A DNA stretch of 18,770 nucleotides from Candidatus Iainarchaeum sp. (GTDB lineage: Archaea; Iainarchaeota; Iainarchaeia; Iainarchaeales; JAFCCW01). Shown here piece by piece: positions 1 through 7,529 of this stretch. Where the stretch lies: positions 1 through 18,770 of the forward strand of contig JAFCCW010000015.1 of assembly GCA_017609985.1 (NCBI GenBank), given 5' to 3'. The notes beneath the pieces were generated by a model. It did not search any database, was not told the DNA's origin, and worked only from the letters and a program-made list of their open reading frames with translations. Position numbers and translations under genes: made by a program. Each line of letters starts with the position of its first letter. The first letter of the stretch is position 1.

Positions 1-291
1 GTTGTCAAGGTCTCAGACCTTGTGAAGACAGATGCAGACGCCGGAACCATGTTTGGTAAGAACCACATCATTGTTGGTGGATATCTTGTCAACGACTTGG
101 CTAAGGATGTCGTGCTGAACGACGGAACCACTCTGGACGAAGCTTTGTCAAGCAAAGCAAGCGCTCCAGTACTACAGCTCCTGACCAGCGGTGACCATAA
201 AGGCGATATAATCGTTGCAGGTTACACAGCCGCAGGAACAGAATCAGCTGCAGGCGACCTTGTCGACGCACTCGACGCCCTGATAGGCTAG
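1..291 (+). CDS. S-layer protein, C-terminal fragment (5' end outside window)
   Basis: Frame 1 is open from base 1 (VVKVSDLVKTD...) to TAG 289-291. Motifs NHIIVGGYLVN and IIVAGYTAAGTESAA resemble the archaeal S-layer C-terminal pattern (N-x-I-x-VGGP-x-x-N ... vAG-x-x-A-x-x-T-x-x-A). About 52% GC by hand count with many C-ending codons, consistent with high expression. Confidence 0.75.
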   Translation, partial: VVKVSDLVKTDADAGTMFGKNHIIVGGYLVNDLAKDVVLNDGTTLDEALSSKASAPVLQLLTSGDHKGDIIVAGYTAAGTESAAGDLVDALDALIG

Positions 292-339
292 AATTAGGCA
301 TATTGCCTAATTCCTTTTTTTTCTTTTTTTTTCTTTTTT
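291..339 (+). terminator. Intrinsic terminator: perfect 10-bp hairpin followed by three T-runs
   Basis: GAATTAGGCA (291-300)-TAT-TGCCTAATTC (304-313), then T8-C-T9-C-T6 (315-339), immediately after the stop codon. Confidence 0.85.
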
Positions 340-396
340 AATGCTTTAGCCTCAGCACAACAATCTTTTATTAAACTTTTCATGCTCAATAGATTA

Positions 397-1023
397 ATGA
401 ACAAAAACCAAAGAATGCTTGCAGTAATAATGCTTTTCCTAATAGTCTTGTTTGCAGGAGCAGGTCTTTTTCTGCTTTCTTCAAAAAATGTTTTTGAGTA
501 TTCTTTTGAAGGAGTAATTCTTGCCTCTGATTCAGCTGAACCACTTCCTGTTCTTAAGTCTTTTGCTGAAGAACAGTCCTTTGTTGTTTCTCCAGAGTTT
601 AGGGAATCTGGAAACATTAACCAGTATATGGGAAATTCAATGCAGCTCTTTGTAGTTGTTTTATCCGGAAACAAAAAAGACATAACTCAATTAATACGAG
701 TAATTGACTCTTCAGGAAACCTGGTTGAATGCGGAACAAATCATGGCAATGTAAAGCAGAGTGAAACAATTTCTGCAGAAGAATGCACTGTGCTTATTGA
801 ATCCTTGAAACAGGAAAATGTTTTTGTTGATATAAAGCTTCCTTCTCCTGAGAAGGGGGCTCCAAGAGCTCTTGTTGAAGGAAAAACATTAACTATTACA
901 ACAGCCTCATATGAGTATGTTGGAAACACTGTATTCTCAATAATCAAGCTTGCGTTTCCAAATGCGGAAGAAATTCTGTCCAGCACAAACAACAGTGTTT
1001 CCGGTTTAAGTGACTCAATATGA
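397..1023 (+). CDS. Hypothetical protein with a single N-terminal membrane anchor (probably extracytoplasmic)
   Basis: Basic N-terminus followed by hydrophobic MLAVIMLFLIVLFAGAGLFLL, then a soluble domain with two Cys. The ORF track starts at 382, but the TATA-like TTTTATTAAA (366-375) fits a leaderless start at ATG 397. The stop overlaps the next start (ATGA 1020-1023). Confidence 0.75.
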   Translation: MNKNQRMLAVIMLFLIVLFAGAGLFLLSSKNVFEYSFEGVILASDSAEPLPVLKSFAEEQSFVVSPEFRESGNINQYMGNSMQLFVVVLSGNKKDITQLIRVIDSSGNLVECGTNHGNVKQSETISAEECTVLIESLKQENVFVDIKLPSPEKGAPRALVEGKTLTITTASYEYVGNTVFSIIKLAFPNAEEILSSTNNSVSGLSDSI

Positions 1024-2027
1024 GAAAGCAGGTAAAACAAGGTATTTCTTTTCTGGTTGCTGTTTTTGCAGTTCTCTTAGTTATGACTATTGCAACTGAT
1101 GCTCACAATGCAATAGTCACTGCAAATCCTTTATTTCTCAGTTTCTCTGTTGTATTTTTTTCACTTTCAATTACTGTCTGGATTTTGTCTTGGGCTTTGC
1201 TTATAAAAAAACCAGGTCTTTCCCTTTCAAAAAAGTTTATTGTGGGTTGGAGCTCGGTATACGGTGCTTTGACTCCGATTCAAATAGGTGCTGAAGCTCT
1301 TCGTTCTCTTCACTTAAAAGATCTTTTTAAAGTTCCTTTTACTGAGAGTGTTTCAGCTTCAATGTTGATAAAGGGAATAAAGTTTCTTGTTCTCACAATT
1401 CTTGCAGCAATTCTTCTTTATGCACTTTTAATTTCTGCAAACCATGATATTCTTTCTCTTGTTGGGCTTGGTTCAGGATTCATTGTAATGGTTGTTGCTG
1501 TTTTGCTTTTTCTTCTTCCCTTAAATCAGTCTTTTGGGTTTGCTATTTCAAGATTGTTTGAACAGTTGTCGAGAAAATTTTCTTTCCTTAAACCGTTTGA
1601 AGAATATTTTAAAAAATACTCTGGTTTTCTTCAAGCTACTTCAAAAAAAATGTTTTTGTTTACTTTTGTGCTGGCAATTGCTTCATTGTTTTTGGAACTT
1701 GTGTCGCTTCAGTTTGCTTTTTTTTCAATGAATGTGGTTATTCCCTTTGCAAATGTTGTGATTCTTTTTGTTCTTGTTTCAGTTCTTGAAAGAACTCCTG
1801 TTCTGCCAAGGGGAATCGGCCTTGTAGAGCTTGCAAGTTTTACTTATCTTTCTCTTCAAGCATCTGCTTCTTTTCCGCTTACTTCTGGAGAGATTGCAAG
1901 CGTTATAATAATTTTTGATATTGCCCGTCTTGTTTTTCCAACTCTTTTAAGCATTTTAGTCTATCTTTTTTTCTTGAAAGATATTGATTCAGGCAATCAA
2001 ATAACTCCACAAGATGCAATTAACTGA
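1020..2027 (+). CDS. Lysylphosphatidylglycerol-synthase TM / UPF0104 (AglD2-like) flippase-like membrane protein
   Basis: 335 aa with about 8 hydrophobic segments. Family-like motifs LTPIQIGAEALRS and P-x-x-P-x-GIGLVE. Translationally coupled to the upstream gene. Confidence 0.8.
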   Translation: MRKQVKQGISFLVAVFAVLLVMTIATDAHNAIVTANPLFLSFSVVFFSLSITVWILSWALLIKKPGLSLSKKFIVGWSSVYGALTPIQIGAEALRSLHLKDLFKVPFTESVSASMLIKGIKFLVLTILAAILLYALLISANHDILSLVGLGSGFIVMVVAVLLFLLPLNQSFGFAISRLFEQLSRKFSFLKPFEEYFKKYSGFLQATSKKMFLFTFVLAIASLFLELVSLQFAFFSMNVVIPFANVVILFVLVSVLERTPVLPRGIGLVELASFTYLSLQASASFPLTSGEIASVIIIFDIARLVFPTLLSILVYLFFLKDIDSGNQITPQDAIN

Positions 2028-2921
2028 AACAATAAGCCAGATTAGTGAAACAATCTGCCATTCTTTTTTTTCTCCGAACAATTTGATAACAAGCTTTGCA
2101 AAGTCAAGCTTTCCTTTTTCCTGTAATCCAAGTTTTCCGTCTTCGAGAAGCCTGTAAGGTTTTTGTTTTTGTTGAGTAACATCCCCTGGATTAGTTAAAA
2201 GCTTTAGCACAAAAAAGTCAAAAGCGTGTGGAAGATAAAAAAGACCAACAAGCAGTATCTTGCTTAATTGTCCAGAGGCAACTGCAATTCCTGCAGTCAC
2301 GGCTCCAATAAACAGTGTTCCGCTGTCCCCTGGAAACACTTTTGCCGGAAACATATTTAGAGCAAGCAATCCAAGAATGCTTCCTGAAAAAATCCAAGCA
2401 TAAACAGCAAGCCATCCGCTTCCCAGAGAAATTGCCAAGAAAATAGAGATAATGAATCCAGAGCCAATTTCCCACCCGTTCAACCCTGCAAAAGTGTTCT
2501 GAAGAGAAGCTATTCCTGCTATAAACAATGCTCCTGCAATAATCCACGCAATGTCTTGAAAGAAAAAGCCTGCGAATCCAAGAGACACGATGGCGACTGC
2601 TACTGCTCTGAGTTTCCAGGACATGCTTTTTTTTAGAAACTTGTTCCTGCTGTCATCAATAAATCCGAGCACTGCAAAGCAGAGTCCTAATGCAAGCACT
2701 GCGACAATGTTTAGGTCAAGACTATTTGTTGCCATACTTACAGAAAATCCTATTGCAGTTGCTATTGCAAGTCCGACTCCAGCACTCTCGGGAATGACTC
2801 TCTGGTCCTGCTTGTTTATGTCAATTCCAACAATTCCAAGTTTTTTCGTAATCTTTGTTACTAAAAAAATAGAAATTAAGGAAATAACAACTGATGCCAA
2901 AAAAACAAAAATCATAATCAT
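1989..2921 (-). CDS. Glycosyltransferase family 4 (MraY/GPT-type) UDP-GlcNAc:polyprenol-phosphate GlcNAc-1-P transferase, AglH-like
   Basis: Polytopic membrane protein with G-x-D-x-NK...IPESAG, LGFIDD, NTFAGLNG and PAKVFPGDSGT motifs of the Alg7/AglH/WecA group. Confidence 0.85.
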   Translation of the reverse strand: MIMIFVFLASVVISLISIFLVTKITKKLGIVGIDINKQDQRVIPESAGVGLAIATAIGFSVSMATNSLDLNIVAVLALGLCFAVLGFIDDSRNKFLKKSMSWKLRAVAVAIVSLGFAGFFFQDIAWIIAGALFIAGIASLQNTFAGLNGWEIGSGFIISIFLAISLGSGWLAVYAWIFSGSILGLLALNMFPAKVFPGDSGTLFIGAVTAGIAVASGQLSKILLVGLFYLPHAFDFFVLKLLTNPGDVTQQKQKPYRLLEDGKLGLQEKGKLDFAKLVIKLFGEKKEWQIVSLIWLIVSVNCILWSYLIA

Positions 2922-2940
2922 ATTTGGCTTTAATTGTTTT

Positions 2941-4191
2941 TTAATGTTGCCCTGATTTCATCATTTCCCTTAAAACAGTGGTTGCATAGCTTCCCTTGTC
3001 AAGATAAAATGAAATTTTTGCATATTTCTTGTTTTCAAAAAATTCGTCTTCTCCGGTTTCAATAAGTTTCATGTCTTTTGGAAACAGGGCTAGTTTTTTT
3101 CTGGCTCCTTTTGAGGAAACTTCGGGAAAGGACTTTATCTTGAAGTCAGCCAGTTTCATGTTTTCTTCTTCCATTATTTTTCTTTCAATTTCGCCTGCTT
3201 TTCCGTCTGCAAGTTTTGATTCGAAACCTGGAAGAACAGCAGTTGGAATTCCATCTTCAAGCACGTCTCCTTCAATCTCTTTAAGCCCATAGCCTTCTTG
3301 AATTCTTCTTTCAATTATTTTGTTGAATATCCAGCTTTGGTAAGCATGTGTAAACAGGAACTGGAGTTTTCTTGGAAGTTTTTTGAATGCTCCAACAAAG
3401 TCTTTCGGATATTTGCAGAGATGATGAATTATTGCCCGCTCGTATCTGAGTTCGGAAGGAAACTCTTTAGATGCTTTTGAAAAGTCCATTGTTTTTTTCA
3501 GAGCAAGTCTTGCCTGTTTCATATCATCTTGTTCTGCAGGAAAAGTTGCTGTCAGATAAAGCATGACTGCTTCTTCAGGGTTTTCTTTCAAAAATTCTTT
3601 TCCAACAAGATGGGTTATTTTTCTTGCTCCCCCAAATCTCTGCTCTCCAAAAAAGTTTGCAATTCCGTTTTCCATTTGTTTAAAGCATTCGTTCACTCGT
3701 TTTTTAATTTCTTCTTCTTCGAGTTCAATGTCTCTTATAACAATTTCAAACTGGTTTCCTTTCAGGTCACCTAAATCAATTTTTTTGTCCGACCATCTTG
3801 CGTTTTTAATAAATATTCCTGGACAGCTATATTTTTTGAGTTTTTCCAGATCGGGCTGAAACAAAGAAATTCTTTGGCAGGTAATTCCTCGCTTATCCTT
3901 CATTCCTCCATAACCAATTCTCTTTTTGCTTATTCCCAGATATCTTGTCAGATCACGAATTGCATAATTTAAATCCTTGTTTATTTTTTCAAGCTCCAAA
4001 TGAAGCTGTTCTTTTTCTTCCTTGTTCTCTGGAATTTCAAGCAGTTCTTTTTTTTCAGACTCTTCTTTTAGGAATCGTTCAACCTTGCACACGCTTCCGT
4101 CTTCAATAACTTCTTCAACAACAAAATCAGAGTATCTTCTTTTGTATTGCCCTCCTATTCCTGGGCAGGTTGTAGAAAAATTGTCTTCCAT
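2941..4191 (-). CDS. truD: tRNA pseudouridine(13) synthase TruD
   Basis: Motifs DFVVEE, GYGGMKDKRGITCQ (catalytic Asp), LGDLKGNQF, NFFGEQRFG and FYLDKGSYATTVLRE. Start moved to ATG 4191, which has an SD-like AGTGAT upstream and avoids overlap with aRF1. Confidence 0.95.
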   Translation of the reverse strand: MEDNFSTTCPGIGGQYKRRYSDFVVEEVIEDGSVCKVERFLKEESEKKELLEIPENKEEKEQLHLELEKINKDLNYAIRDLTRYLGISKKRIGYGGMKDKRGITCQRISLFQPDLEKLKKYSCPGIFIKNARWSDKKIDLGDLKGNQFEIVIRDIELEEEEIKKRVNECFKQMENGIANFFGEQRFGGARKITHLVGKEFLKENPEEAVMLYLTATFPAEQDDMKQARLALKKTMDFSKASKEFPSELRYERAIIHHLCKYPKDFVGAFKKLPRKLQFLFTHAYQSWIFNKIIERRIQEGYGLKEIEGDVLEDGIPTAVLPGFESKLADGKAGEIERKIMEEENMKLADFKIKSFPEVSSKGARKKLALFPKDMKLIETGEDEFFENKKYAKISFYLDKGSYATTVLREMMKSGQH

Positions 4192-4198
4192 AACATCA

Positions 4199-5446
4199 CT
4201 ATCTATAACGAAGCATTGCACCTATTCCGCCAAAGCCTTTGAAGAACTGTTCTCCCTCAGGGGTCTCAGTGCTAATAATTTTAGTTTTAGCTCCTGTGTT
4301 GTTTGCTTTTTCAATAATCCAGTCAATGTAATCGTCTTCTTCTAAGAGTTCAACTGATGAATCGCATTTTTTGCATTTGAGGGAATTCTCTTCAAACAAG
4401 TCGGGTTCTTTTACTACAATTTCTTCTTCTGTATTGCAGTTGTTGCAAATGAATTTGTAAACCACCCATTCAATGTCTTCGCTCAAAAGCAATTTTTCCA
4501 CTTTTCCAAGTTCAATAGCTTCTTCTACTTCTTTTTGCCCATAGGTTGCAAGACTGTTATGTTTTACAACTTCTCCCATAAAAGTTTCAATAACTTTTTT
4601 TTCCTTCATTATCTCTGTGTCTTTCAGCAAGGAATCACTTTTTTGAACTGTTTCCCTGACTCCTGATTCGTCAGTGTAAGAAGTGTCAATTGTTCCGATT
4701 ACTTTTTTTTGAAGCCGGTGATCAAGCATTTCTTCATTCAGAAAATAGTTTTTTGTGATTCCTGGCCCACCAACAATTATTCCTGTCAGCTTGTCGTCGT
4801 ATTCTACAAAAATTTGATTCATCTTTTCTGAAATTCGCTTATAAAACGCATGAGTTGCTTCTGCTCTTAGTCTTTCAAATCGCTGAGCACTTTGTCCTCC
4901 TGCTCTTGTTTTTCCTGCAACCCCGCTTGTGAAGTGTCCAATGATTTCGTATTTTTTTCCGCTCAGCAATGCAATTGTTGACTCATTCTTGTCAATTGTC
5001 AGTATAGCAAATACTTCGCTTGGCTGCATCATTTCTTGAAGCGGGTCAAGGTGAAATTCTGAGTCGCACCAGTAACGCTTTGTTTTAAGCAATTTAACAG
5101 GTTTGATTGTGAACAGTCTTAAATCTGTTTTTCCCTCTGTTTCACTAATGTTTCCTGCGAAAACAACCAGTCCTCTTGATGGAAGCTTGAAATCAATTCG
5201 CTTGAGGAAGTTGTCAATCTTTTTCAGAGCACCCTGTACATTTTTTCTTGTGCTTGGATCCTTTATGTTTGAACTCTGGCTTCGCTCTTCAGTGAGCTGT
5301 CCCATGACGCTTGAGCGGTCGCTGTCGGGGGGCAGGTAAAGAGAGATTAACTCTGTTCCCTTGCCCTTGAACATGCCAAGCCTTTTCAGTTTTTTCTTAA
5401 ACAATGAAGTCTCAGCTTCATCTGCTTCTAGAATTTCTTGTTTCAT
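4199..5446 (-). CDS. prf1: Archaeal peptide chain release factor aRF1
   Basis: GTELISLYLP, NIK(D), YWCDSEF (YxCxxxF), GGQSAQRFER, C-terminal CxxC...CxxC zinc minidomain and GFGGIGAMLRY. SD GGTGA upstream. Confidence 0.97.
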   Translation of the reverse strand: MKQEILEADEAETSLFKKKLKRLGMFKGKGTELISLYLPPDSDRSSVMGQLTEERSQSSNIKDPSTRKNVQGALKKIDNFLKRIDFKLPSRGLVVFAGNISETEGKTDLRLFTIKPVKLLKTKRYWCDSEFHLDPLQEMMQPSEVFAILTIDKNESTIALLSGKKYEIIGHFTSGVAGKTRAGGQSAQRFERLRAEATHAFYKRISEKMNQIFVEYDDKLTGIIVGGPGITKNYFLNEEMLDHRLQKKVIGTIDTSYTDESGVRETVQKSDSLLKDTEIMKEKKVIETFMGEVVKHNSLATYGQKEVEEAIELGKVEKLLLSEDIEWVVYKFICNNCNTEEEIVVKEPDLFEENSLKCKKCDSSVELLEEDDYIDWIIEKANNTGAKTKIISTETPEGEQFFKGFGGIGAMLRYR

Positions 5447-5637
5447 TTTTTCACCATGTGAAAATTAGTCAACAGCATTAATAATTTTAAATGACAAAGA
5501 ATATAAGTTTAAACATGCCTCGTTCTTGTTGTGCTTTTGGACAGAATTTTTCAGAAGTGTTTTAACAAGTGATTTAAGCCATAAACTTAAATAAAACTTC
5601 TTCAGTTATACAGTAGGATTCTCAAAAAAGTGATGTT

Positions 5638-6498
5638 ATGTTTTCTGACATGTTTGAAATGTTCAATGAAAAAGACGAGGGAGAAGCAGTTTCTGAAGCA
5701 ATGTCTTCTCAGAGCACTGAAGAACAAGCAACAGGCTATTCATCTTCCCCCTCTTCTGACCAGTCTCCTTTTTCACAATATTCTGCGCCTGCAAAGGAAA
5801 TTTTTGTAGTTTCTGTGGGCGGGAGTGTTTTCATTAACGAAAAACCAAATGCTGCACTGATTGCAAAGTTTGGGGAAACAATTAGCTCGCTTCATCGTGA
5901 GGGTTATAGATTTGCTCTTGTTATTGGGGGAGGAAAAATTGGGCGTTCTTATATTGCTGCTGCGAAGGGAATAGGGGCAACAAACTATGCAATGGATGAA
6001 ATAGGCATAGCTCTCACCCGGGTGAATGCTCGTCTCTTAATTGAATCAATTGAGTCCTCGCACAAAGAAGTTCTTACTAAAGTATCTGACGCAAAAGCAA
6101 TAATTGACTCTGGAAAAATTCCTGTTTACGGCGGTCTTCTTCCAGGCATTACAACTGATGCAGTTTCTGCTCTTCTTGCAGAATCTCTGTCTGCGACTTT
6201 TGTAAACCTGAGTAATGTTGATGGAATCTATTCTTCCGATCCAAAGGATAATCCTAGAGCAAAGTTTTATCCTTCTCTGTCGCATTCCCGTCTTCTTTCC
6301 TTGCTTCAGGTTGCCGAGTCAAAGCCTGGTCAGAACATTGTTCTTGATATTCCTGCCGGTCTTGTTCTAAAACGGTCTTCAATTCACTCAATATTTTTGG
6401 ATGGAAACAATCTTTCAAATTTTGAGTCTGCTATCAGAGGCGGAGAATTTAATGGAACAGTTGTTTCCATTGAATCAGAGTTAACTGATGAAGCCTAG
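5638..6498 (+). CDS. pyrH: Archaeal-type UMP kinase with an acidic N-terminal extension
   Basis: VVSVGGSV, IGGGKIGRSYI, DEIGIALTRVNA, GGLLPGITTD and NVDGIYSSDPK. SD-like AGTGAT before ATG 5638; TATA-like TTAAATAA at 5587-5594. Confidence 0.92.
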   Translation: MFSDMFEMFNEKDEGEAVSEAMSSQSTEEQATGYSSSPSSDQSPFSQYSAPAKEIFVVSVGGSVFINEKPNAALIAKFGETISSLHREGYRFALVIGGGKIGRSYIAAAKGIGATNYAMDEIGIALTRVNARLLIESIESSHKEVLTKVSDAKAIIDSGKIPVYGGLLPGITTDAVSALLAESLSATFVNLSNVDGIYSSDPKDNPRAKFYPSLSHSRLLSLLQVAESKPGQNIVLDIPAGLVLKRSSIHSIFLDGNNLSNFESAIRGGEFNGTVVSIESELTDEA

Positions 6499-7490
6499 TC
6501 TAGTATGAATAAGTCTTCTATTTTCTTTTTTTCAATTACAACTTCGCATTCTTCAATGCTTAGCACTGGTGCATTAAACTTGCTTTCGTCATCCAGTGCG
6601 ATTCTTGGACAAGCAGTGTTCACAAAAACATCTATCCCTAACCCAATGTAATGTTCTGGCAGAATGTTTTCAGAGATGAAAATAATTGATTTCTTTTCTT
6701 TTTTTTCAAGTTCTTCTTTAATCTCCAGTGCTTTCTTTAGGTTTTGCTGGCCAGGCTTTGTGCTAACCAGTAACCCAAACTTTTTTGCATCTTTTGCGTG
6801 TTCTATGAACGAGATTCTTTTTCTAACAAGCTTTTCTTTTTCAAGCCCAAGCGTGTTCACTGTTCCGCTTGACGGGTTAATAATAAAGACTTTTTTGTTG
6901 AATTCCAGCCCCATTCCTATTGCGTGGAATCTTCCGTCTCCAACAAAAACAAGAGCTTGTGCTTTATCTGCCTGTTTTTCCATTCCCGAATAATTGCAGC
7001 CAAGCACCTGGTAGCTTGCAAGCATTTCTCCTTTTCCGCTTAAAACTCCAAAACCTTTTTTTTCAAGTTCTTCCGAAACAATTTTTGTGTGCTCTAGATA
7101 CTGCACGGTTGCTCCAATTGCCACTCTTTGAATTCTTTCTTTTTTTAGAATTTCTTCAAGTTTTTTTATTGCTTTTTTGATTTTTTCCTTGTTTACTCTG
7201 TATTTTGCTTCAATGTAAATAGTTGGAAGTTTTTCGTTTCCAATTAGTGCAGAGTGTCCAAAGTGAAGAAGCAAGTCTGCTCCAAGCTCTTTTGCTTCTC
7301 TGTCTTTGAGATCGCATGCTCCAAAACAGGGTTCTGCAAACACAATTGTTTTTGCTCCTGTTTCTTTTTCAATCTGGTCTGCAATCTCCTCTGCTTTTGT
7401 TTTAAGTCCGTCTGGAAACTGCATTGCAACAAGTTTTGCTTTTCTCTTTTTTATTTCTTCAGCAAGCTTGCTAATGTTTATCTCAATCAT
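6495..7490 (-). CDS. dph2: Diphthamide biosynthesis enzyme Dph2
   Basis: QFPDGLK, the three Fe-S Cys motifs PCFGACD, QVLGCN and TACPRI, plus HFGHS, GDGRFHA and STKPGQ. Confidence 0.95.
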   Translation of the reverse strand: MIEINISKLAEEIKKRKAKLVAMQFPDGLKTKAEEIADQIEKETGAKTIVFAEPCFGACDLKDREAKELGADLLLHFGHSALIGNEKLPTIYIEAKYRVNKEKIKKAIKKLEEILKKERIQRVAIGATVQYLEHTKIVSEELEKKGFGVLSGKGEMLASYQVLGCNYSGMEKQADKAQALVFVGDGRFHAIGMGLEFNKKVFIINPSSGTVNTLGLEKEKLVRKRISFIEHAKDAKKFGLLVSTKPGQQNLKKALEIKEELEKKEKKSIIFISENILPEHYIGLGIDVFVNTACPRIALDDESKFNAPVLSIEECEVVIEKKKIEDLFILD

Positions 7491-7510
7491 TCTAAAATTC
7501 GGGTCGGAGA

Positions 7511-7518
7511 TATTTAAA
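7511..7518 (-). promoter_or_regulatory. TATA box for dph2 (leaderless)
   Basis: TTTAAATA on the minus strand, 21-28 nt upstream of ATG 7490, with no SD motif. Confidence 0.55.
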
Positions 7519-7529
7519 TTTGTTGTGTT

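Noticed and set aside
1-291. High-GC segment as a foreign or mobile insertion
   Set aside because: It is better explained by codon bias and Ala/Gly/Asp-rich composition of a highly expressed S-layer gene; no mobility signatures are present.
4199-5446. Stop-codon reassignment suggested by the aRF1 variant
   Set aside because: TAA, TAG and TGA all end full-length conserved genes here, and none of the conserved genes has an in-frame stop.
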